Origin: Phormidium sp.
GTDB taxonomy: Bacteria > Cyanobacteriota > Cyanobacteriia > Cyanobacteriales > Aerosakkonemataceae
Direction: 5' to 3'
Length of the DNA: 64,000 bases
NCBI GenBank assembly: GCA_051013385.1
Contig: CP143273.1
Coordinates: 1,408,001-1,472,000 of the forward strand
Numbering within the stretch: position 1 is the first letter of the stretch; each line of letters begins with the position of its first letter. Positions 51,745 through 62,395 of the stretch are shown piece after piece. Made by a program: the position numbers and the translations under genes. The notes below the pieces were generated by a model, which searched no databases, was not told where the DNA came from, and saw only the letters and a list, made by a program, of their open reading frames with translations.

Positions 51745-52536
51745 CTATTCAAGAGTAACAATTACAGGAGTATGATCGCTGGGTTGAGTTAATTTTCTTG
51801 GTTCAATATCGATCGCACAATTGGTGGCGCGATCGCACAAACCCGCAGTAAGATAAATATGGTCAATTCGCCAACCTCTATTCCCCTTAAAACCAGCAGT
51901 TCGATAATCCCACCAACTATAATGTCCACCTTCGGAAGTGAATTTCCGAAACACATCAATTAATCCTAATTCTAATACAGTTTTTAAGGCTTGACGTTCT
52001 ACATCTGTCGCCATTATCTTAGTTTCTCTACCTTTGGGATTATGAATATCTATATCTGACAAAGCAACATTAAAATCACCACAAATACAAAGATTATTAG
52101 GCGTTTTCTCTAACAAACTTTGTAAGTATTCTCGCAATACAATCAGCCATTTTAGCTTATATTCATACTTCTCGCTACCCACTGAAGAACCATTGGGAAC
52201 ATAAAGGTTAACAACGCGAATATCACCAATTACACCCGTAATTACTCGCTTTTGTTCGTCAAAATTACCTGCAATATTTTCGCCTAAAATTGGTGCAAAA
52301 CCTTTGCTAACTTCTTGTAAAGGTTGACGACTAATTAATGCTACACCATTGTATGATTTTTGCCCCGAAATATAAGCTTGATAACCTAAGCTTTCAAAAG
52401 CTGCTATGGGGAATAACTCATCTACAACTTTGGTTTCTTGCAAACACAAAACATCAACTGGATTTTCTTTCAACCAATTGGTTACTTGTTCTAAGCGAGT
52501 GCGAACTGAGTTAACATTCCAAGTGGCAATTTTCAT
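51745..52536 (-). CDS. xth: Exodeoxyribonuclease III
   Basis: MKIATWNVNS, LQETK, YVPNG, GDFN, SWWDYR, RIDH, SDHTPV. Confidence 0.97.
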   Translation of the reverse strand: MKIATWNVNSVRTRLEQVTNWLKENPVDVLCLQETKVVDELFPIAAFESLGYQAYISGQKSYNGVALISRQPLQEVSKGFAPILGENIAGNFDEQKRVITGVIGDIRVVNLYVPNGSSVGSEKYEYKLKWLIVLREYLQSLLEKTPNNLCICGDFNVALSDIDIHNPKGRETKIMATDVERQALKTVLELGLIDVFRKFTSEGGHYSWWDYRTAGFKGNRGWRIDHIYLTAGLCDRATNCAIDIEPRKLTQPSDHTPVIVTLE

Positions 52537-52606
52537 TATTAGTCATTGGTCATTTGTCATGGGTCATTCGTAAATTATAAATTACTAATGACTTGTGAAA
52601 AGGATC

Positions 52607-52656
52607 TTTTTTAACCACGTTAGCGTAGCGCACGCTACGCTAACGTGGTTAAAAAA
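52607..52656. repeat. Perfect 24-bp inverted repeat, possible terminator
   Basis: TTTTTTAACCACGTTAGCGTAGCG-CA-CGCTACGCTAACGTGGTTAAAAAA. Confidence 0.85.
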
Positions 52657-52761
52657 AAATCTTAGTCTTAGTAAATCATCTGTTTGTTAGGTGCGTGACC
52701 AGAGTTTACTATATGATTCCAATAGTAGTTAAAAGTTAGGTCACACACCCTACGGTGCTAA

Positions 52762-54399
52762 TTAAATCACGCAGTTCAAAGAACCTGCTTTTTGGGTAAA
52801 GCGGAGATTTTCCCGATAGTCAACTGGGCAATCAATCACTGCTGGAACATCCTGTTCTAAAGCAGTTTTCAGAGTTGGAATAAAATCAGCAGTTGATTCA
52901 ATTCTGTACCCTTTTAATCCCATGCTTTCTGCGAATTTGACGAAATCAGGATTGCTGAATTTAATGAATGACGATCGCCCTAATTGATTTTGCTGTTTCC
53001 ACTCAATTAAACCGTAACCACCATCATTAAAAATGATTGTGACGAAGGCAGTACCGACGCGCAAAGCAGTTTCTAATTCTTGACAATTCATCATGAAACC
53101 GCCATCGCCTGTGACAGCAACAATTTTCTTTTCAGGATACACTAATTTTGCTGCGATCGCACCCGGAATCGCAATCCCCATCGCCGCAAAACCATTAGAA
53201 ATAATACAAGTATTTGGGCGATCGCAATGATAATGTCTTGCCATCCACATTTTATGTGCGCCGACATCAGAAATCACAATATCTTCCTCACCCATTACTT
53301 GCCGCAAATCGTATATTAGTTTTTGTGGCTTAATCGGGAAACCATCATCATTGGCATAACGTTCGTAATCTGCACGAATGTCATCTCTTAATTGCAAAGC
53401 ATAAGGGTCTGGTTTATCAGTGCGATCGGCCCGTTGTAAAATTTCATCCAAAGAATCAGAAATATCCCCAACTACTTCCACTTTGGGAATATAGCTGCTA
53501 TCAATTTCCGCATGGGTAGCATTAATATGGATGATCGGAATTGTGCCATTAGGATTCCACTTTTTCGGGGAATACTCAATTAAATCGTAACCAATGGCAA
53601 TCACCAAATCAGCATGATCGAAACCACAACTAATGTAATCTCGCTGTTGCAAACCAACTGCCCACAATGCTAAAGGATGAGTATAAGGAATCACACCTTT
53701 ACCCATAAAAGTGTTAGCAACCGGGATATTTAATCGGGTGGCAAACTCAGTTACAGCATCACTAGCGCGATCGCGAATTGCCCCATTTCCCACCAAAATC
53801 AAAGGATTTTTCGCTTGAGAAATTACTTCCGATGCGTGTTTAATACTGCGGAAAGAAGCAAAGGTTTTTTCTACATCACCCTTACTTAAAGGCTCTCCGG
53901 TAACTTCCATTGCCGCAATATTTTCTGGCACATCAATATGCACTGCGCCAGGTTTTTCTGATTGCGCTAATTTAAAAGCTTTCCGTACAACTTCCGGGGC
54001 AATGCTAGGGCGAACAATTTGAGCATTCCATTTAGTTACCGAAGAAAACATCGCCACTAAATCTAAATATTGGTGGGATTCTTTGTGCATCCGATCGGTC
54101 CCCACCTGTCCAGTAATTGCTACTAGCGGAGCCCGATCTAAATTAGCATCAGCCACACCTGTCATTAAATTGGTTGCGCCAGGGCCTAAAGTCGAAAGAC
54201 AAACTCCAGCTTGACCTGTCAAACGTCCATAAACATCAGCCATAAAAGCTGCGCCTTGTTCGTGACGGACGGTGATAAATTGGATGTTGGAGTTTCTGAT
54301 TGCCTCTAAAACATGGAGGTTTTCTTCTCCTGGTAAACCAAAAATATATTTAACACCTTCATTTTCCAAACATTGAACCAATAAATCGGCGGTATTCAT
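52762..54399 (-). CDS. ogdA: ThDP-dependent acetolactate-synthase-like enzyme, probably 2-oxoglutarate decarboxylase
   Basis: GLPGEEN, RHEQGA, GDGGFMMN; directly downstream of an SSA dehydrogenase gene. Confidence 0.75.
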   Translation of the reverse strand: MNTADLLVQCLENEGVKYIFGLPGEENLHVLEAIRNSNIQFITVRHEQGAAFMADVYGRLTGQAGVCLSTLGPGATNLMTGVADANLDRAPLVAITGQVGTDRMHKESHQYLDLVAMFSSVTKWNAQIVRPSIAPEVVRKAFKLAQSEKPGAVHIDVPENIAAMEVTGEPLSKGDVEKTFASFRSIKHASEVISQAKNPLILVGNGAIRDRASDAVTEFATRLNIPVANTFMGKGVIPYTHPLALWAVGLQQRDYISCGFDHADLVIAIGYDLIEYSPKKWNPNGTIPIIHINATHAEIDSSYIPKVEVVGDISDSLDEILQRADRTDKPDPYALQLRDDIRADYERYANDDGFPIKPQKLIYDLRQVMGEEDIVISDVGAHKMWMARHYHCDRPNTCIISNGFAAMGIAIPGAIAAKLVYPEKKIVAVTGDGGFMMNCQELETALRVGTAFVTIIFNDGGYGLIEWKQQNQLGRSSFIKFSNPDFVKFAESMGLKGYRIESTADFIPTLKTALEQDVPAVIDCPVDYRENLRFTQKAGSLNCVI

Positions 54400-54563
54400 T
54401 CTACTTTGTGACTCCTCGGTTGATAGTAATTGGTAATTAGATTGATAGTTAGCAGTGAGTAGTTAGTAGACAAAACAGCCCTAAGTACGGGCGGGTTTAG
54501 CAAATAACCTTTGTAACCCACAGACAATCTCTGGACAAAACCCGCCCCTACAATTACGATGTT

Positions 54564-55931
54564 TTATTTGACCCAAACTGTCTTAACGTTGACAAATTCA
54601 TGAATGCCTTGGATGCCTAGTTCTCTGCCGTAGCCGGAACGTTTGATACCCCCAAAAGGTAGGCGCGGATCAGATTTAACTAAGCCATTGATGAATACGG
54701 CACCTGCTTCAATTTCTGAAATCAGGCGATCGCGTTCTTCTTCTACTGTAGTCCAAGCACTAGCCCCAAGTCCAAAGGGAATATCATTTGCTTTTCTAAT
54801 AGCTTCGTCAAGATTTTTGACTCGGAATAATAACGCCACAGGGCCAAAAAATTCCTCTTTGTCAGCTGGCGATCCAGGGGGTAAATAGCTCAAAATAGTG
54901 GGAGGAAAGTAATTCCCAGGTCGATCGCTAAATGAATGACCACCTGTTAAAACTTTTCCGCCAAATTGGACACATTTTTCCACTAAATCATCCAATTCTT
55001 TCACAATTCCCGGAGTTGCCAAAGGCCCAACATCGGTATCTGGTAACATCGGATCGCCAATTTTTAAAGCTTGGAATTTCTCTACCATTAGCTTTTCAAA
55101 CTTATCGGCGACTGCTTCCGCAACAATAAACCGTTTCGCTGCAATGCAAGATTGACCATTGTTAATCATTCTCGCTGTGACTGCGGTAGTCGCTGCTGCT
55201 TCAATATCAGCACTTTCTAAGACAATAAACGGATCGCTTCCTCCCAATTCCAAAACCGTTTTTTTGATGTCTTTAGCAGCGGCAATTGCTAAACTAATTC
55301 CAGCCCCTTCACTTCCGGTTAAAGTTGCCGCTTTGACTCTTTCATCTGCTACAATTGCGGCAACTTTATTTGCACCTATTAATAAGGTTTGAAACACAGC
55401 ATCAGGAAAACCAGCGGCTTGAATAATTTCCTCAATTGCTAAAGCCGACTGCGGTACATTAGAAGCGTGTTTTAAAATCCCCACATTTCCCGCCATTAAT
55501 GCTGGCGCAGCAAAGCGGAACACTTGCCAAAACGGAAAGTTCCAAGGCATTACTGCCAGAATAATTCCTAATGGTTGATAGCGGACAAAGCTTTGACTAG
55601 CATCGGTAGTGACAGGTACATCTGCTAAAAACTCAGCCGCATTTTCGGCATAATAACGACATACCGAAGCGCATTTTTCGACTTCTGCGATCGCTGCTTT
55701 TAACGGTTTCCCCATTTCTAAGGTAAGAATTTTACCAAACCGTTCGCGATCGTTCTCTAAAATATCCCCCGCTTTAATTAGCCATTGAGCCCTTTGACTC
55801 ATCGACGTTTGACGGTAACTCTCAAATGCCTGTTGCGCCTGTGCCAGCTTAGATTCAATCTCCGCATCCGTTAGCGCCTCAAAGGACTTGACTAATTCTC
55901 CTGTTGCTGGGTTAATAGTGGCGATACCCAT
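54564..55931 (-). CDS. gabD: Succinate-semialdehyde dehydrogenase
   Basis: MPWNFP, LELGGSDP, NNGQSCIAAKR, EEFFGP, PFGGIKRSGYGRE; start set at ATG 55931. Confidence 0.88.
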   Translation of the reverse strand: MGIATINPATGELVKSFEALTDAEIESKLAQAQQAFESYRQTSMSQRAQWLIKAGDILENDRERFGKILTLEMGKPLKAAIAEVEKCASVCRYYAENAAEFLADVPVTTDASQSFVRYQPLGIILAVMPWNFPFWQVFRFAAPALMAGNVGILKHASNVPQSALAIEEIIQAAGFPDAVFQTLLIGANKVAAIVADERVKAATLTGSEGAGISLAIAAAKDIKKTVLELGGSDPFIVLESADIEAAATTAVTARMINNGQSCIAAKRFIVAEAVADKFEKLMVEKFQALKIGDPMLPDTDVGPLATPGIVKELDDLVEKCVQFGGKVLTGGHSFSDRPGNYFPPTILSYLPPGSPADKEEFFGPVALLFRVKNLDEAIRKANDIPFGLGASAWTTVEEERDRLISEIEAGAVFINGLVKSDPRLPFGGIKRSGYGRELGIQGIHEFVNVKTVWVK

Positions 55932-56197
55932 TTTATTCTCCAGTTCTGCAATCATACCTTGGAGTAGCACTTTAGTTTTTTACATACTTAAATTGCTACT
56001 CCAGCCTTCCTTTAATCTTAGATTTATTTTTCAGTTAAATTCACCAATTAAAAGTTAAAATCTTGCAGATTTGCATTATCTTTATATATTGTTTCACAAT
56101 CGTTACTAGCGGAATTTACTAAATTTTTACGAATATAAATATACCGTTTTTAAACTTAGCAAATCTTCATAAATCTAAGAGTTTTGCAAAGATTAAG

Positions 56198-56408
56198 GCG
56201 GTTAAAACCGCAACTATACAAACAAAGTCCGCCTACGCGGACTTTTAACCTGCTTCTGGCAGGTTTTGTCTGTATACTCAGATCTCGCACTCCTGAGCAG
56301 AGCCTCCATTTTTCGTTCCCAGGTTGAACCTGGGAACGAGGATCTGGGAGGTTCTACCTCCCCTGCTGCAAGATGTGAGTATAGCCTGCGACTTCAGTCG
56401 CAGGGGTA
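56198..56408. repeat. Cluster of nested palindromic repeats
   Basis: GCGGTTAAAACCGC, GTCCGCCTACGCGGAC, CGTTCCCAGGTTGAACCTGGGAACG, CCTGCGACTTCAGTCGCAGG. Confidence 0.7.
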
Positions 56409-56411
56409 AGA

Positions 56412-57458
56412 TCAGGGATAAATGAGAATCTTATAAGTCTCAGGAGTTGGGGAAACGGCTTTGGCTACTGCTTGGGGTAAGTCTTGGAGAGGATAGCGAT
56501 CGCTCACCAACGCATCCACATCAATGCGGCGATTAAATACAATATCAGTAGCCAGCGATTGCAACCGAAAAGAGGAACTGTAGCTACCCATCAAATCAAT
56601 TTCCCGACGATACAGGATATTTGGGTTAATGGGAATTTCCACTTCATCGGGAAACTCAGCAAAAAACAGAATCTTTCCACCTTTGCGAGTACAATCTAAC
56701 GCTTGGAAGAAAGCCTTATCGCTGGGAACGGCTAATAAAGTAGTATTAACTCCCAAACCATTAGTTAAAGCTTGAATTTTCTGGGGTAAATCTCGATCGC
56801 GAGCATCAAAAGCCGCTTCTGCGCCTACAGCTAAAGCTTTTTCAATGCGGGAAGGTAACAAGTCAGTAGCGATCGCTCTCCCCCCAAAATATTTTACCAA
56901 CATAATAAACATTAACCCGATCGGACCTGCACCAGTAATCAGCACCGTCTCACCCGGTTTAACTTCCGCCTTTTTCACCGCCTTCAAACAGCAGTTAGTC
57001 GGTTCCACAAAACTCGCTTGTTCAAAACTTACATCATCAGGAATCGGAATTAACCCCCCACTGCGAACAATATGTCCCGGAACCTTCACATATTCCGCAA
57101 AACCACCACCGCTAGGCGAAAAACCCGCCGTTGTAGTGATGTTTTTGTAAACCTCACACATCGAGAAATTTTCGTTTAAGCAATACTCGCAGCGCATACA
57201 AGGGATATGGTGCATCACCACCACCCGTTGTCCCACTTGCCAGTCTGTTACCGCCTCTCCCACCGCAGAAATTACCCCCGCAGTCTCATGTCCAAAAATG
57301 CGCGGTGGTTGATAAAGCGGATAAAGAATCTTTTTAATATCCGACTGACACAAACCCACCACCCGCACCTGCACCAATACCTCATCCGCTGCTAATGTCG
57401 GGACTGGTACTTCTTCGTAGCTTAGTTGATTTACCCCTCTAAAAACCTGTGCTTTCAT
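56412..57458 (-). CDS. Zinc-dependent alcohol/sorbitol dehydrogenase family
   Basis: GLCQSD, GHETAG, CMRCEYC, GAGPIG. Confidence 0.9.
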   Translation of the reverse strand: MKAQVFRGVNQLSYEEVPVPTLAADEVLVQVRVVGLCQSDIKKILYPLYQPPRIFGHETAGVISAVGEAVTDWQVGQRVVVMHHIPCMRCEYCLNENFSMCEVYKNITTTAGFSPSGGGFAEYVKVPGHIVRSGGLIPIPDDVSFEQASFVEPTNCCLKAVKKAEVKPGETVLITGAGPIGLMFIMLVKYFGGRAIATDLLPSRIEKALAVGAEAAFDARDRDLPQKIQALTNGLGVNTTLLAVPSDKAFFQALDCTRKGGKILFFAEFPDEVEIPINPNILYRREIDLMGSYSSSFRLQSLATDIVFNRRIDVDALVSDRYPLQDLPQAVAKAVSPTPETYKILIYP

Positions 57459-57606
57459 CCTTAGTTATTTGTCCCTAGTCAGTTCCATTGTTATTTGTGC
57501 TTTGTCGTCGGTTATTTGTCAATCTCGGAACAAGGGAACAGGAAATCGGAATAAATGGTAAAGCTGAAAGCGGAAAGGGAAAATTCTTACCTATTACCCC
57601 CTTCCT

Positions 57607-57670
57607 CTGTTCCCTGTTCCCTGTTCCCTGTTCCCTGTTCCCTGTTCCCTGTTCCCTGTTCCCTGTTCCC
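57607..57670. repeat. STRR heptamer array (CTGTTCC)x9
   Basis: Directly visible tandem 7-mers. Confidence 0.95.
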
Positions 57671-57975
57671 TACTAAGTAATTTCACTGATTTAAAAATAC
57701 TTATCAAATATTGTCAACCGAGAATTTACTTGATTAATAGTTACTGCTGGAGCATTGGGAACACAAGCTACAGAACTCTAATAAATGCGATCGGCATTGC
57801 CTGTTGATTTTGAGCCAAAAATCTTCCCATACCTGAAAAATCGTCGGATTTGCTATTGCCAGATGAACGGCGATCGCCAGTAAATTTTTTTTTCAAACTA
57901 CTTAAACAAATTTTCCTGATGCCTCGTTCAACTCCCAGAAAGAAGGAATAGAACGCAGGAGATTCAAAAATTTAT

Positions 57976-58167
57976 ATGGGACATCTCAAATTTACTGTTA
58001 ACTCTTTACTTTTGGCTTTCCTTACAATTACTTGCCAAAGTTTCAACCTTCAATCACAAGCTATTCCTACGGAAAAATCAGAGGAATCTGTTAATTTAGA
58101 ATCCATTATCTCATACCCCTGGGCTAAGACTAAGGACGATCACCGAGGTAGTGGACGCAGAGGTTAA
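57976..58167 (+). CDS. patX: PatX, RGSGR-containing peptide
   Basis: Signal-like N-terminus, C-terminal HRGSGRR, immediately upstream of hetR. Confidence 0.85.
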   Translation: MGHLKFTVNSLLLAFLTITCQSFNLQSQAIPTEKSEESVNLESIISYPWAKTKDDHRGSGRRG

Positions 58168-58704
58168 AGAAACAGAATATTTGTCACCCGAAACGTTGCT
58201 AATAATCTAGGCTTTCACCGCTGAGCTATTCTGCTAATTCGGGTTTTGTTTCTGTAAAGACAAATAACTTAATTATCTTCCAGATTATCATACAAAGGTA
58301 AGTGAACAATAGGCTAGGTAAACTTATTATTTCCTTACCAACCCATGCCAAGATCATCTTCGCGTGGGTTTTTGACTTTTTTTTACTTTTTAGTCAGTAT
58401 AAGTGGTATTTATGGCTGCCGATCGGCTAAATTTTGATAAGCAGGGTGGCTCGGAAACTTAACTTAAAACTGTCTACAGCAGAAATTATGGGTGCAATCA
58501 TAGTAATCATTCCATTGGTGATGGATTATAGCGTAAGCTAACTGCTTCTGGCATAAAGCTGAAAACAGCTAGTGCAAGAAGGCTCTAAGCAAAGAAGGCT
58601 TGTACAAAGCTTTTCCAGTGGTTTTTAACTATATAGTTATTTCTGCCTGGTTGCGCTAGACATCCTCAGCAGTGGCTTGATCCTCGAAAAACTGGAAATT
58701 TTGA

Positions 58705-59631
<927 letters not shown>

Positions 59632-59699
59632 TTAGGGTTTGGGTACTTAACTATTGGGTGCAATCTACATTGCTATCTTTAAAAAATTAGACTATGAAA

Positions 59700-59800
59700 A
59701 ATCATCACATTAGTAATATAGAAATGGATAAGATTGTGAGTGGAAAAAGATGTTGGGTTTCCTTGTTTCAACCTAACTATAAGGAAGGGCGCTCGCACTT
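59700..59800. repeat. About 100-bp imperfect direct repeat, left boundary of the TA array
   Basis: AAATGGATAAGATTGTGAG...TTGGGTTTCCTTG...AAGGAAGGGCG; similar copy at 62277-62378. Confidence 0.85.
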
Positions 59801-59849
59801 TTAATGAAGTGATCGCGCTCGAAGAAACCGTATCTTTATAGGGCTATGT

Positions 59850-60293
59850 TCAGATCCAGGATTCCAAGTTGAATGGCTGAACTGCTTGAATGCGCTGGAA
59901 GTCTCGATCGGTTGTCACTAGAATGAGTTGATATTGGAGTGCAACGGCGGCAATCCACAGATCGTTTTCGCCGATGCCCAATTGAGTGATGTTGGTTTTA
60001 CGGCGTTGGGATCGCTCTTGTGGGGCGTAGCGATCGAAGACTGCGGCTTTGAGGTTGCCGTAAATTTCGGCGGTGGTTTCGTCTATAGGGTAGATGTATA
60101 GTCCAATTAGGAAGCGTTGAACTAGGGCAAGATTAGCCTGTCGCTGTTGGGATCGCGCTGCCATGTCAATCAGTTCACCCTTGACTATTGTGCAGGTTGC
60201 GATTGGCTCATCCCCAAGGTTGGCAAGGCGATCGAGTATTTGAGTGTTGCCTAGTATGGCATAGCTACAGTGATTGGTGTCGAGGAGAAACAT
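59850..60293 (-). CDS. vapC: VapC PIN-domain toxin
   Basis: MFLLDTN, GENDLWIAAVAL, LVTTDRDF. Confidence 0.92.
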   Translation of the reverse strand: MFLLDTNHCSYAILGNTQILDRLANLGDEPIATCTIVKGELIDMAARSQQRQANLALVQRFLIGLYIYPIDETTAEIYGNLKAAVFDRYAPQERSQRRKTNITQLGIGENDLWIAAVALQYQLILVTTDRDFQRIQAVQPFNLESWI

Positions 60294-60535
60294 TATTCAA
60301 AAGGATTGAGGCTGTAGTCAAATTGTGCTTCGCCGCGTGAGGATTGGACTGCTTCTAGACATTCTTGGAGGTCGTCGCCTGACCAAGTGCCGATTGTCTT
60401 GAGATGAGCGAGGAAGGATTTAGCAGTTGCGATCGAAGGTTTGGTTTGCAGCGATTGTATGAAGATGAGGGCTTCGGCAAGCCTTGTGCTGGGCAAAGCT
60501 TCGATTGCTTGGAGGAGTTGTTCTTTGAGGGTCAT
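60293..60535 (-). CDS. Putative antitoxin for VapC
   Basis: 80 aa, stop overlaps the vapC start; GTWSGDDLQECL. Confidence 0.75.
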   Translation of the reverse strand: MTLKEQLLQAIEALPSTRLAEALIFIQSLQTKPSIATAKSFLAHLKTIGTWSGDDLQECLEAVQSSRGEAQFDYSLNPFE

Positions 60536-60688
60536 AGGGTGTTGCCTTGCCTTTTACTTAGTGAGCGATCGCTGTTTTATTTTAGGCGATCTCCGATCGG
60601 AAAAAAGCACTTGCGATCGCGTAGCGTGCCGTAGGCATATCGCTCTTTTTTTGGTAGTGCGATCGCTATCCGTTCAATCATCACATTG

Positions 60689-60904
60689 TCATGGTAGAAA
60701 TAGTTGTCGAATTTCCCGACCAATGATGGCAGCTTCAGGTGCAACTCAGCAACGGTAAGGAAACTGTTGCAGGGATGCGATCGCATCTTGGAGGTCATAG
60801 TACCACTGGTTTGCCGCATCAGCACTGAGATAATCGCACATCCAACGGTAGGCGGTTTCAATTTCTGCAAAGGCGGGTGGTTGGATGATGACCAGATAAC
60901 TCAT
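60689..60904 (-). pseudogene. ParE/RelE-family toxin with internal TGA and truncation
   Basis: MSYLVIIQPPAFAEIETAYRW...AIASLQQFPYRC*VAPEAAIIGREIRQLFLP*; ATGA overlap with the antitoxin; not in the ORF track. Confidence 0.8.
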
Positions 60905-61170
60905 GGACGGGGAGGAATGTTGAACTGCTGTTGTAGCGCTGACATGGCTTGGTCAGCTGGGATGCCTTCACCTCGATCGAAGCTTTCGAGTCCTTTGCGG
61001 ATGCCGATGATCGCTTCGAGGTAGTCAATTCGCTCTAGCAGTTGTTCGTAGATATTGAGTTGGGGGTGGGTGGAGGATTTGAGCGATCGCACCAAGGAAA
61101 GAAGATCGGTGAGCAGTTCATCAGGGGTGCTATCGATTTCTTGGAGGAGTAGTTCTTTGATGGTCATCAC
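60901..61170 (-). CDS. Putative antitoxin for the ParE-like toxin
   Basis: EAIIGIRKGLESFDRGEGIPADQAM; coupled to the ParE remnant. Confidence 0.75.
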   Translation of the reverse strand: MMTIKELLLQEIDSTPDELLTDLLSLVRSLKSSTHPQLNIYEQLLERIDYLEAIIGIRKGLESFDRGEGIPADQAMSALQQQFNIPPRP

Positions 61171-61443
61171 GGCATCTGGGGAGGATTGATATTTTGAGTA
61201 TAACGAGTCTTCAGCGGACTGCTTTTTGGGAGTTGCGTTCGCGTAGCGTGCCGTTAGGCGTATCGCTTTTGCATTTTAGGCGATCGCTCATCCGAAAAAA
61301 CAAACTGCGATCGCAAAGGATGCCGCAGGTAATTGCTATCGTTAAGTCATCGTCTTGTTATTATAAAATTGGATAAAATTATGCTACTTTAGAATAAGTT
61401 TAAAGAATATTTAATTTGGAATAGTACATTCGGAAACGTTATC

Positions 61444-62040
61444 ATGTCATCCCTAGAGAGTGCAGCAATTCCTTCAGATATGATTTGGCGCTTAAGCGTA
61501 GATCGGTATCATAGTATGATTGAAAATGGCATTCTTACGGACGAAGATCCAGTGGAATTGTTAGAAGGCTGGTTAGTTTTCAAAATGCCAAAGAATCCCC
61601 CCCATAGAGCAGCAACTCGCATTGTCAGAATGGCGATCGAGAGCATTTTGCCTTCAGGATGGTATGTGGATTCGCAAGAGGCGATCGCACTATTTGATAG
61701 CGAACCAGAACCGGATGTGGTGGTTGTTAGAGGAGATACTCGACAGTACCTAGATCGACATCCGGGTGCTGAAGATATTGCCCTTGTGGTGGAAGTATGC
61801 GATACAACTCTTCAACGCGATCGCTCTTTAAAGAAACGCATTTATGCTCGCGCTGGCATTCCGATTTACTGGATCGTAAATCTCCTGGATCGACAGATTG
61901 AGGAATATACTCAGCCATTTGGAGAAGGCGAAGATGCAGATTATGCTACGCAACAAAACTATGGGCTACAGGATTCTTTGCCTTTAGAGATCGAAGGATT
62001 TGAGATAGGAATACTTTCTGCAAATTCTCTATTGCCTTAA
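61444..62040 (+). CDS. Uma2 family endonuclease-like protein
   Basis: VELLEGW, EPEPDVVV, LVVEVCD, IYARAGIPIYWIVNL. Confidence 0.92.
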   Translation: MSSLESAAIPSDMIWRLSVDRYHSMIENGILTDEDPVELLEGWLVFKMPKNPPHRAATRIVRMAIESILPSGWYVDSQEAIALFDSEPEPDVVVVRGDTRQYLDRHPGAEDIALVVEVCDTTLQRDRSLKKRIYARAGIPIYWIVNLLDRQIEEYTQPFGEGEDADYATQQNYGLQDSLPLEIEGFEIGILSANSLLP

Positions 62041-62276
62041 CATTAATCATCTATTTGGCGATAGGCGATATCTATTTTTGCTGGTTGGATGAGGACTTGA
62101 TAAGTCATAGACGATAACTCGATCGCTCATCCGAAAAAACAAACTGCGATCGCTCTTTTTTGGGTAGGGGTGCGATCGCGATCAAGTCAGAAACCGGGTT
62201 TCTTAATCAAATCTCTAGAAAAGATAAAGATTATCGCAGAAACCCGGTTTCTTGTTAGTGTGATCGCTCTCCGTTC

Positions 62277-62378
62277 AATCATGGCATTGTCATTGTAAAA
62301 ATGGATAAGATTGTGAGGAAAAAAAGATCTTGGGTTTCCTTGCGTTAACCCAAGCTACAAGGAAGGGCGAGCGCACTT
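62277..62378. repeat. About 100-bp imperfect direct repeat, right boundary of the TA array
   Basis: Similar to 59700-59800. Confidence 0.85.
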
Positions 62379-62395
62379 CTTATTAGACACAATTC

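Noticed and set aside
57488..57676. 62-aa ORF with FPVPCSL repeats
   Set aside because: Translation of the STRR heptamer array.
60404..61024. ORF-track entries 60404+, 60441+, 60577-, 60704+
   Set aside because: They cross repeat spacers or shadow the real genes; the meaningful frame is the ParE remnant at 60689-60904.
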